From assembly GCA_022711395.1 (NCBI GenBank), contig JAKLFA010000002.1, positions 67,864 to 131,863 of the forward strand: a stretch of DNA of 64,000 bases, read 5' to 3'. The position numbers were made by a program, and so were the translations under genes. Shown piece by piece: positions 1 to 7,911 of this stretch. Origin of the DNA: Candidatus Omnitrophota bacterium (GTDB lineage: Bacteria > Omnitrophota > Gorgyraeia > Zapsychrales > JANLHA01). The notes below the pieces were generated by a model, which was given only the letters and a program-made list of their open reading frames with translations, did no database searches and had not been told where the DNA came from. Every line of letters begins with the position of its first letter. The first letter of the stretch is position 1.

Positions 1-128
1 GGTTGGCTTTGCGCAGATTTAAGAGGTAGTTTGAGGTTCCTTATTCGAACACGAAGGTGTTTAACATAGATAAAAATAGACCTTAACAAATACTAAACCA
101 AAAATTATTTTTGGGAAGGAGAAAAACA

Positions 129-941
129 ATGAAAAAGGTCCTCGTAACATTAGCGATCGTGTTGTTTGCAGCTGGCAGCGCGAACGCTATGCCGATGATC
201 CTGGATCCGGGTTCTATCGCGGGTCTTGGTGTCACAGGCCAGACGGGCGTATTTGACCAACTTGGCATTTACGTCCAGACCACATCAACCGATTATGTTA
301 GCGGTTCTTTCGGTGATGTTGGTGATCTAGCTGTTCAGTCACTGATCGGGGCAGGCCCGGTTGTGACAAGAGGGTTAAACACGCCTGATGCAGCCACGCC
401 ATGGTATCTTGTCGGCGGCTGGTCAAATCTTTCCGGTTATCAAGGCGCTCTTCCTGGAACGTTTGTTTATACGTCAGGGACGCTTGATCTGTATGTCAAC
501 AATACCGGATATGCATTTGGCCCGACCGTTGCTGCAGGTGATGGTTCTGGATTTACTGGTACGAAAGTTGCGACATTGTCGCTGCTTTATGGTACCGGTG
601 CTTTAGTTCCAGACTCAAGCCCTGATGGTTTTGGCGGGACTGTGGATCTGACCTGGGAATTCACTTGGTTACAGAATGGTTTCTGGTTAGATGCTAATGG
701 CAATCCGATCATTCTGGCTAACTTGAGCCAGGGTGAGAGATTATTCGCTATCGCTGATGCGAATACGGATCGTGTTGCTTTTGGCGCCGGAGACGGCCAG
801 GTTGTTTCTCGGTATATTTATTCAGATCATAATGGATCTGTCACGATCGGTGTTGTTCCGGAGCCTACAAGCATGGTCTTGTTCGGAACAGGCCTTTTCG
901 GCTTAGCCGGTGCAGGTCTTCGTAAGAAAATTTTGGGATAA
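129..941 (+). CDS. PEP-CTERM sorting-domain secreted protein (exosortase substrate)
   Basis: ATG at 129 preceded by ggaagga RBS; the track ORF begins at an upstream TTG at 111. N-terminal signal peptide KKVLVTLAIVLFAAGSANA. Gly/Thr-rich body. C-terminus VPEPTSMVLFGTGLFGLAGAGLRKK is a canonical PEP motif + TM helix + basic tail. Confidence 0.7.
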   Translation: MKKVLVTLAIVLFAAGSANAMPMILDPGSIAGLGVTGQTGVFDQLGIYVQTTSTDYVSGSFGDVGDLAVQSLIGAGPVVTRGLNTPDAATPWYLVGGWSNLSGYQGALPGTFVYTSGTLDLYVNNTGYAFGPTVAAGDGSGFTGTKVATLSLLYGTGALVPDSSPDGFGGTVDLTWEFTWLQNGFWLDANGNPIILANLSQGERLFAIADANTDRVAFGAGDGQVVSRYIYSDHNGSVTIGVVPEPTSMVLFGTGLFGLAGAGLRKKILG

Positions 942-971
942 TTTTTATCTCAAAATTCTTTATACACAAAA

Positions 972-1005
972 AAGCATTCCCCTTCGGGGGAATGCTTTTT
1001 TGTTT
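972..1005 (+). terminator. Rho-independent terminator
   Basis: aagcattcccc-ttcg-ggggaatgctt perfect hairpin followed by a T-tract (ttttttgtttt), directly after the PEP-CTERM gene. Confidence 0.6.
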
Positions 1006-1047
1006 TCTCTCCTTGCCCTTTATTAGTATTTCTATTAATATATTTCT

Positions 1048-3375
1048 ATGACTTTTTTTCACCGTTTCATAAGTTCCGTTTTGCGTCATCCGTATCGCAC
1101 TCTTGCAGTTACGCTCATTTTTCTTGCCGTGTCGTTGGCCCTTTTTCCGCAGATCCGCATTGATGACAGCCTGGATGTTTTTTTTGATAAACACAGCCGG
1201 CATTTCATTGATTTCGAGGCCTGGAAAGAACAGTTCGGAAGCGATGAGCTGGTCATTGTGGGCCTGGCGACCGATGAGGTCTTCACTGTTGACAATTTAA
1301 ATTTGATCAAAACGCTTACGGAACAGTTTGAATCCCTGGAAGCGGTGGAGGACGTGACCAGCCTTTCAACGGTCAATCACGCTGTTGGAATGGGAGAGGA
1401 TTTTATTGTGGAACGCCTGATGGAAGGGCTTCCGCAAACGCCGCAGGAGATGGCGAGCCTTCGTCAGGAGGCGCTCGGAAACCCCTTGTATGTCCAGAAC
1501 GTCATTTCCAAAGACGGGAAAGTCGCCGCCCTGATCCTTGAGCTGGAATACGGGCTTGAGGGCGGTGCTCATAAAAAGAAGGTGATGGAAGGTGTCCAAA
1601 AGATCCTTAAAGCTGCGGCCCCTTCGGATGTGAGGTATTATGTCAGCGGGCTTACGGCGATCGAATATTATTACACCAAATATATGCAGGAAGACCTGAA
1701 ATCCTTCGGGCCGTTTATGTTCTTGATGGTGGCGTTCATCGTTTATTTAACGTTCCGGAAATGGCGGCTGGTCATTCTGCCGCTGTCGGCGATCCTGGCC
1801 AGCCTGGTCATGACCATGTCGCTGCTGGTCCTTTTCAAATTTTCGATCAATAATGTGACCACGATCATCCCGCCGATTCTTTTGGCCATCATGGTGGCCG
1901 ACAGCATCCACGTGATCGGCGAAGGGGTCGCGCGCAAACGCGCGATCAGGGACGGTTCAGAAAACGACAGCGTGTTTTTTGAAGAAACCATCCGTCATCT
2001 GCTGTTTCCGTGTTTTTTGACCAGCATCACGACCGCGGTAGGGTTTTGGTCTTTGACGATGAGCCGCATCCCGCCGGTCAAAGAGCTGGGGCTGGTCGTG
2101 GGGATCGGGGTGGCGTTCGCGTATCTTCTTACGTTCACATTTATGCCGGCGCTGGCCGTGGCGACCCGGGCCTTTAAAGGGGTCGGCCCGGAATCCGGCG
2201 AAAAAAAGATCAAGGGTTTTGACCGGCTCTTTGACCGTTTCCTTGAGGGGTTGGCGATTTTTAACGAACGTTTTGCCCGCTGGATCATTGTGGGCAGCGT
2301 GGTCTTGGTGGCCGTGTCCGTTTGGGGGATCAGCCGGCTGCGGGCGGAGACCAGCATTATTGAGGCGTTCCAAAAAAAGAGCGACATTTACCGTTCGACA
2401 GAATTTCTGGAAGACCATTTAAGCGGTGTTCATCCTTTGAATATTTCGCTGAAGGCGAAATCACCCGACGCCTTTTTGCATCCTGAAATGCTTAAGCGCA
2501 TTGAAGCCTTGAGCGCCTTTCTATACAGCATTGAGGAGGTGGACAAGGTCTCCTCGGTCAACGATTATTTGAAGGACATCAATCAATCGTTCCACAATGA
2601 GGATCCGGTGTTTTATGCATTGCCGGACACCAAAGAGATGGCGGCGCAGTATGTCCTTCTTTACGGAAGGGAAGACCTGGAGGATTTTGTGGATGAACAG
2701 TGGCAGTGGGCCACGGTGCGTGTGCGTCTAAAGGAACACAGCAGCGTGAAGCTTGAGCATGTGATCAAAAAGATCGATGAATATGTCCAAGAAAATTTTG
2801 CTGACCTTGAGGAGCGGAACACTTTAGGCCAAACGGTCCTGGAAGTGGACACGAATAACAGCGTGACCTTGGGCCAGGTCCAAAGCCTGGGAATGGCGAT
2901 GGCGGTGATCTTCGGGATGATGTTCTTGGTGTTCCGGTCCGTGCCGGTCGGGGTCGTGAGCATGGTCCCTAATATCCTGCCGATCCTTTTAAATTTCGGG
3001 ATCATGGGGATCTTTAACATCCGCCTGGATTCAGCCACCTCCATGATCGCGGCCATCGGCATCGGGATCGTGGTGGATGACACGATCCACTTTCTGCACG
3101 GGTTCGGTGAATTTTTAAGTGGGCATGGGGATTATACCAGGGCCATGCATGAGACGCTTAAGACGAGGGGCCGGCCGATCATTTTTACTTCGGTGGTCCT
3201 GTTCTTCGGGTTCGGGGTGGTGGGATTTTCGAAATTCATGCTCACGGCGTATTTCGGGATCCTGACGGCGCTTTTGATGTTCACAGCGCTGCTGGCGGAC
3301 CTGATGCTGACGCCGAGCCTTTTGATCGTGTTCAAACCCCCGTTTTGGAAGGGAGGGGATAAAGAAAATGACTGA
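1048..3375 (+). CDS. MMPL/RND-superfamily membrane transporter (sterol-sensing-domain type, HpnN-like lipid exporter)
   Basis: 775 aa with two 5-6 TM blocks separated by large soluble loops. MMPL-like motifs around the TM blocks (e.g. ...ADSIHVIGEG...; ...GIVVDDTIHFLHGF...). Confidence 0.75.
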   Translation: MTFFHRFISSVLRHPYRTLAVTLIFLAVSLALFPQIRIDDSLDVFFDKHSRHFIDFEAWKEQFGSDELVIVGLATDEVFTVDNLNLIKTLTEQFESLEAVEDVTSLSTVNHAVGMGEDFIVERLMEGLPQTPQEMASLRQEALGNPLYVQNVISKDGKVAALILELEYGLEGGAHKKKVMEGVQKILKAAAPSDVRYYVSGLTAIEYYYTKYMQEDLKSFGPFMFLMVAFIVYLTFRKWRLVILPLSAILASLVMTMSLLVLFKFSINNVTTIIPPILLAIMVADSIHVIGEGVARKRAIRDGSENDSVFFEETIRHLLFPCFLTSITTAVGFWSLTMSRIPPVKELGLVVGIGVAFAYLLTFTFMPALAVATRAFKGVGPESGEKKIKGFDRLFDRFLEGLAIFNERFARWIIVGSVVLVAVSVWGISRLRAETSIIEAFQKKSDIYRSTEFLEDHLSGVHPLNISLKAKSPDAFLHPEMLKRIEALSAFLYSIEEVDKVSSVNDYLKDINQSFHNEDPVFYALPDTKEMAAQYVLLYGREDLEDFVDEQWQWATVRVRLKEHSSVKLEHVIKKIDEYVQENFADLEERNTLGQTVLEVDTNNSVTLGQVQSLGMAMAVIFGMMFLVFRSVPVGVVSMVPNILPILLNFGIMGIFNIRLDSATSMIAAIGIGIVVDDTIHFLHGFGEFLSGHGDYTRAMHETLKTRGRPIIFTSVVLFFGFGVVGFSKFMLTAYFGILTALLMFTALLADLMLTPSLLIVFKPPFWKGGDKEND

Positions 3376-4282
3376 TCGTCAGCAATATCTTCATAACGAA
3401 GGTCTTTTTTATAAGAAGGCGTTTGAGCGCAATATCGGGATCCTGACCGAGGCGGAGCAGGAGAAACTGCGTCAGGCGCGCGTGGCCGTCGTGGGCTGCG
3501 GCGGCGTGGGAGGGGTGCATATCCTTAATGCGGTGCGCCTGGGCGTCGGGAATTTGAACATTGCCGATATGGACGTCTTTGATGTGGTCAACATTCAGCG
3601 CCAGTGCGGCGCGTATTTAGACACCATAGGCCGCAATAAGGCTGAGGTGCTGTGCGCGAGCGCGATGGCCGTCAATCCTTATGTGAAGGTCAAGACGTTT
3701 ATTGATGGGGTGTATGATGAGACCGTGGATGAGTTTTTGGAAGGGGTCGATCTGTTCATTGACGGCATTGATTTCTTTTGCATTGACATGAGGCGCCAGC
3801 TTTTTATGAGGGCCTATGAACTTGGGATCCCGGCGGTGACGGCCGGGCCGATCGGTTTCGGCAGTGCGCTTTTGGTGTTCATGCCCGGCGGGATGAGCTT
3901 TGACGAGTATTTTGATATCAGGGATGAGATGTCCTATGAGGAGAGGATGATCGCCTTCGCCGTGGGGCTCGCGCCGGCATCCGTTCATTTGAAATACATG
4001 AATCTGAAAAAGGTCGATGTCGCCAAGAAGACCGGGCCGGCGTTGGTCTCATCCTGCGGGCTGGCCAGCGCGCTGGTGATGACAGAGGTTCTTCGCATCC
4101 TTTTGCGCCGTCCGGGATTAAGGCCCGTGCCGCATTATCTGCAGCTGGACCCGTATCTTTCCGCCTACAAGTCCGGATATCTTTGGCTGGGGAATAAAAA
4201 TCCTGTTCAGCGTTTGAAACGGACGATCGTCAAGCGCATGCTGAAAAGGGAACACCGACATCACGGAGAAAGCCATGAATAA
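3368..4282 (+). CDS. ThiF/MoeB/HesA-family E1-like adenylyltransferase
   Basis: Rossmann motif VAVVGCGGVGGVHILNAVRLGVGNLNIADMDVFDVVNIQRQ. 304 aa. Overlaps the upstream MMPL gene by 8 nt (translational coupling). Confidence 0.7.
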   Translation: MTDRQQYLHNEGLFYKKAFERNIGILTEAEQEKLRQARVAVVGCGGVGGVHILNAVRLGVGNLNIADMDVFDVVNIQRQCGAYLDTIGRNKAEVLCASAMAVNPYVKVKTFIDGVYDETVDEFLEGVDLFIDGIDFFCIDMRRQLFMRAYELGIPAVTAGPIGFGSALLVFMPGGMSFDEYFDIRDEMSYEERMIAFAVGLAPASVHLKYMNLKKVDVAKKTGPALVSSCGLASALVMTEVLRILLRRPGLRPVPHYLQLDPYLSAYKSGYLWLGNKNPVQRLKRTIVKRMLKREHRHHGESHE

Positions 4283-5042
4283 ACGATATCTGTGCGTGCT
4301 GGCAATGGTATGGATGGTGTGCGCTGATGTTTCGGCGCAGACTTTGAGCGGGCCGGAGCTTGCGCAAATGATCTATGACCGGCCCGACGGGATGGACCGT
4401 TCCATGAACGTGGACATGGTCCTGGTGGACAAGAAGGGTAATGAGCGGCCGCGCACGCTGGTGCTGTTCGCCAGGGATGAGGGTCCGCTGGCCAAAACGT
4501 ATCTGGAGTTTTTGACGCCGGAGGATATCAAGGCCACGAAATTCCTTTCCATGGAACAGGCCCAGGGTGATGATATCCAGTATCTTTACCTTCCGGCGCT
4601 GGGAAGGGCCAGACGCATCGTGAGCAGCCAGAAAAATCTGCGTTTTGTGAACACGGATTATACCTATGAGGATATGCAAAGGCGCAAGCCTTCCGAGGAT
4701 GAACACCAGATCCTCCGTGAAGAAATTTATAACGGCCGGCCGTGTTACGTGCTTGAAAGTGTTCCGGTCTCCGCGAATTCACAGTATGGCCGCCGGGTAA
4801 GCTGGGTGGACAAGTTCAGCCTGGTGGCGCTGCATACGGACTTTTATGATAAAAAGGGGCGTTTGGTCAAAGTCTTTGAGGTCCTTTCCATGAAAGTGGT
4901 GGATGGGTTTTGGACGGTCATCAAGAGCCGGATGGAAGATCTTGAAGAGGCGCATCAGACGTTGATGACCGTGACGGAAGTCCGTTACGACCAGGGGATC
5001 GAGGGCGCAAAATTTGAGCTGCGCGCGCTGGAACAGCGATAG
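4275..5042 (+). CDS. LolA-like outer-membrane lipoprotein-sorting family protein (periplasmic lipid carrier partner of MMPL transporters)
   Basis: Signal peptide MNKRYLCVLAMVWMVCADVSAQ. About 230-aa mature beta-rich protein. Gene position directly downstream of MMPL, where LolA-like (PF17131-type) partners are typically found. Overlaps ThiF by 8 nt. Confidence 0.45.
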   Translation: MNKRYLCVLAMVWMVCADVSAQTLSGPELAQMIYDRPDGMDRSMNVDMVLVDKKGNERPRTLVLFARDEGPLAKTYLEFLTPEDIKATKFLSMEQAQGDDIQYLYLPALGRARRIVSSQKNLRFVNTDYTYEDMQRRKPSEDEHQILREEIYNGRPCYVLESVPVSANSQYGRRVSWVDKFSLVALHTDFYDKKGRLVKVFEVLSMKVVDGFWTVIKSRMEDLEEAHQTLMTVTEVRYDQGIEGAKFELRALEQR

Positions 5043-5067
5043 GCGTGAAGGCTAAAGGGGATGGAAC

Positions 5068-6495
5068 ATGGGGAAGGGGGCGAGAAGGATGAAAAACAGG
5101 ACGGGCGTGGTGCTGGTTTTGACATTTGCCTTCAGCGTGTGCGCGGCTTTGGCTCAGGCGGCGGTCTGGCCGGACCTGGTGGAAGTGGAGTGGACCCCTT
5201 CGGTGGAGGTGTGGTCCCTGAACTATGTTGAAGCGGTCGAAAACAATGATTATGAGGACGCTGCCGCCACGGACAGCTGGGTCCGCGCGTTCAACGAATT
5301 CTGGATCGAAGAACATGACCTGTTCATCAAGGCCGACGGGCAGTGGCGTTATAACGCCTGGAACGGCGGGCTTGAGAATGAAAGCCATGGGGAAGCGTCG
5401 TTCCGCGAGGTCTACGGGGAACTGCGCAAAGAGCATTACCGTTTTTCCGCCGGGGACCAGATCCTGACCTGGGGGAAAATGGATGACATCACGATCCTGG
5501 ACCGCGTCAATCCTCAGGATTACCGTCATTTCGTTCTCTATGATAAGCAGGAAAGAAAGGACCCCGTCCTGATGATGCGCCATGAATATTTCGGGGACGG
5601 TTACGGCTTTGAAACGGTTTATAAGCCGTATTTTGAGGCTTCTAAGGTGGATTATTTCGGGCGGAATTTTGCCGCCTTCGGGCATTTGAAGGAAGTGGTG
5701 GACTTAGGCGGCTACAGCGCGCTCCAGAAGTCGACGGTGCAGGGGATCGGGATCCGGGACGAGGACCGGGCTACGGAGCACAGCCTTGAGAACGGCGAGC
5801 TCGCGCTGCGTTATCGCGGCCATCTGAATGACGTGGATTACGGGCTGTATTATATGAACCAGCGCAATTCCATTCCGGTCCTGAGAGAATCATCGCCGGT
5901 CGGAAACACCGTAAAAGCTTTTTTGTATGACCCGACCCTGGCAACGCTGGACACGCTGGTTTCAGCGTCTCCCACCAGTGAGGACCTGGCGCTTACGGCC
6001 GCGCATCCGAGGGTCCAGACCGTGGGCGCGGACTGGGAAACGGTCCTGGGTGAATATGGCGTGCGGGGGGAGATGGCCGTGATGATGGGGATGCCGTTTT
6101 TGAACGAGGATTATTCTTATACCGAAAAGGACACGGTCATGGTCGGTGTAGGCGTCGACCATACTTTCGAGAACAGCGTTTACGCGGACCTTCAGTATGT
6201 TCAGCAGTATATTTTCGCCTATGATAAGCTTTACGCGCAGGAGGAGGCGCCGTTTTTTATCGCGGGGACGGTGAGCCGGGATTTCGCCCGCGGCAAGTTC
6301 AATGCCGGCCTGGACTGGACCTGGAACGCCTCTTACGGGGATTGGATGTTCAATCCTGAGCTGCTTTATAAGCCGTGGGACAGCCTTCATATTGCCGTCG
6401 GAAGTTTCATTTTTGAGGAGGGCAGCGCCAGCACGCTGTTCGGCCGCTATGACACGGGCGATATTATTTATGTGAGTTTGAAGGGAGTCTTTTAA
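5068..6495 (+). CDS. Putative outer-membrane beta-barrel protein
   Basis: Signal peptide ...VLVLTFAFSVCAALAQA. Alternating amphipathic, aromatic-rich strands. C-terminal ...YVSLKGVF ends in Phe, as in OM barrel sorting signals. Confidence 0.4.
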   Translation: MGKGARRMKNRTGVVLVLTFAFSVCAALAQAAVWPDLVEVEWTPSVEVWSLNYVEAVENNDYEDAAATDSWVRAFNEFWIEEHDLFIKADGQWRYNAWNGGLENESHGEASFREVYGELRKEHYRFSAGDQILTWGKMDDITILDRVNPQDYRHFVLYDKQERKDPVLMMRHEYFGDGYGFETVYKPYFEASKVDYFGRNFAAFGHLKEVVDLGGYSALQKSTVQGIGIRDEDRATEHSLENGELALRYRGHLNDVDYGLYYMNQRNSIPVLRESSPVGNTVKAFLYDPTLATLDTLVSASPTSEDLALTAAHPRVQTVGADWETVLGEYGVRGEMAVMMGMPFLNEDYSYTEKDTVMVGVGVDHTFENSVYADLQYVQQYIFAYDKLYAQEEAPFFIAGTVSRDFARGKFNAGLDWTWNASYGDWMFNPELLYKPWDSLHIAVGSFIFEEGSASTLFGRYDTGDIIYVSLKGVF

Positions 6496-6587
6496 AGGGC
6501 CGACGGGCGGCGTTAATGTCTTTGACAAGAGTTCAAATCAACGCCATAATGAGTCATTCTGAAACGGTGTGAACCGGGAGAGATGCC

Positions 6588-7028
6588 ATGGGATCTCAGC
6601 ACTTAGAGCGATTACGACAGGTCATTTCAAGCGATCAGCGCCGCTGTGAACGCATAGAGCTTCCGTTGAAGATGCTGTATGCGTCCCAGCCTGGCCATGG
6701 AGGCCAACTGGATTGGAAGGGGCCGGTATTGCTGGATAATATCGGCGGGGAAGGGATCGGATTTAATTCCAAGGACCTGATACAGGAAAATGAGGAGCTT
6801 TTGATCCGGATGTATCTGCCGGATGATGACTTGCCGGCGGTCTTTATCGGCAAGGTGGTCTGGGCGAAAGAGGACCCGTCTGCCAAGCGCTGCGGCTGCC
6901 GGGAATATTCTTACGGGATCCATATTGAAAAATATGATCCGCAGACTGAGGCCAGGTTCATGGGGTTCATGTCCGATCAAATTCTGGGAAAATACCTTGA
7001 TGAGTCAGGGGATCTAAAGGACATTTAA
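6588..7028 (+). CDS. PilZ-domain (c-di-GMP-binding) protein
   Basis: RRCERIEL (RxxxR) followed by DNIGGEGIGF (D/NxSxxG-like), the two PilZ signature motifs. Confidence 0.55.
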   Translation: MGSQHLERLRQVISSDQRRCERIELPLKMLYASQPGHGGQLDWKGPVLLDNIGGEGIGFNSKDLIQENEELLIRMYLPDDDLPAVFIGKVVWAKEDPSAKRCGCREYSYGIHIEKYDPQTEARFMGFMSDQILGKYLDESGDLKDI

Positions 7029-7034
7029 GGACAA

Positions 7035-7880
7035 ATGAATATGATGTTAGAACATGCCGGCATGCGCTCGATATTCAGCGGGATCGAATACCGTGTTGCG
7101 CGCAGCAGAGATGAATTGGCCCAGGCCTTTCATCTGGTCTATGAAGAATATCTGAAACAGGGCTACATTCATGAACATCCGTCGAAAATGCGGCTGTCTT
7201 TGCATAATCTGGTTCCTGAAACAACGACATTCATCGCCAAAGTGGATTCAACGGTTGTAGCGACGGCGACAGTCATCCCGGATTCGCCGCTGGGCTTGCC
7301 GATGGACGAGCTTTATCGGGAGGAACTCGCCGGTTTGCGCGACTCAGGAGAGAGGCTTTGCGAGGTTTCCATGCTCGCGCACAGCAGCGATCTTCTCAGT
7401 GACAAGGTCCCGTTGATGTTCAACGCCAAAAAGATGTTCCTGATCTTTTTCCTGTTCAAGCACGTCTTTGACTACGCGGTGCAGGAAGAAGCGCTGGATT
7501 ATATCTGTATCACGGTCAATCCGAAGCACTCGGCGATCTATGATTCGCTTTTGTTCAAGAACCTGGATGACCAGGTCAAGTATTACGGGAAGGTCAACGG
7601 CGCTCCGGCGATCGCCAAGGTCCTGAACCTTTCAACGATCGAGCAGGAATCCGCTCTGTCCAAACGGCATAATATGCACAAAATGTTCTTCAGCGGCAGG
7701 ACCGATCCCCGCCGTTTTGATGAAAAGTTCCGTTTCGGTATCGATGATATCAAATATTTTTTTGTGGACCAGGTCAACGCATTTGAAAACGCCAGTAAAG
7801 ATGAGGTCCGGTATATCATGGACGCATATCCCGAATATGATCTGAGCGGGATCATTCCCTTGCACATGATAAGGCCGTGA
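7035..7880 (+). CDS. N-acyl amino acid synthase-like GNAT acyltransferase (FeeM/OlsB-like; PEP-CTERM-system-associated acyltransferase family)
   Basis: 281 aa. N-terminal AQAFHLVYEEYLKQGYIHEHP...TTTFIAKVDSTVVATATVIP matches the autoinducer-synthase-like GNAT pattern of N-acyl amino acid synthases. 7 nt downstream of PilZ and 31 nt upstream of the ligase fusion. Confidence 0.5.
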   Translation: MNMMLEHAGMRSIFSGIEYRVARSRDELAQAFHLVYEEYLKQGYIHEHPSKMRLSLHNLVPETTTFIAKVDSTVVATATVIPDSPLGLPMDELYREELAGLRDSGERLCEVSMLAHSSDLLSDKVPLMFNAKKMFLIFFLFKHVFDYAVQEEALDYICITVNPKHSAIYDSLLFKNLDDQVKYYGKVNGAPAIAKVLNLSTIEQESALSKRHNMHKMFFSGRTDPRRFDEKFRFGIDDIKYFFVDQVNAFENASKDEVRYIMDAYPEYDLSGIIPLHMIRP

Positions 7881-7911
7881 CGGCGTCTTAACCGTTGATT
7901 TCAGAAAGCAC

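Noticed and set aside
1-20. Possible sigma-54 -24/-12 element (GG...N10...GC in ggttggctttgcgca) upstream of the PEP-CTERM gene
   Set aside because: It lies at the truncated window edge and matches only the GG/GC dinucleotides, not TGGCAC/TTGCW. The distance to the start codon (~110 nt) is plausible, but the evidence is too thin.
111-128. Upstream TTG start used by the ORF track for the PEP-CTERM gene
   Set aside because: ATG at 129 has a ggaagga RBS and begins the signal peptide. The six extra residues (MGRRKT) are probably not translated.
4921-5685. 254-aa minus-strand ORF spanning the LolA-like/OMP junction
   Set aside because: It is antisense to two better-supported genes, is Pro/Arg-rich with no domain signal, and is typical of GC-rich antisense frames.
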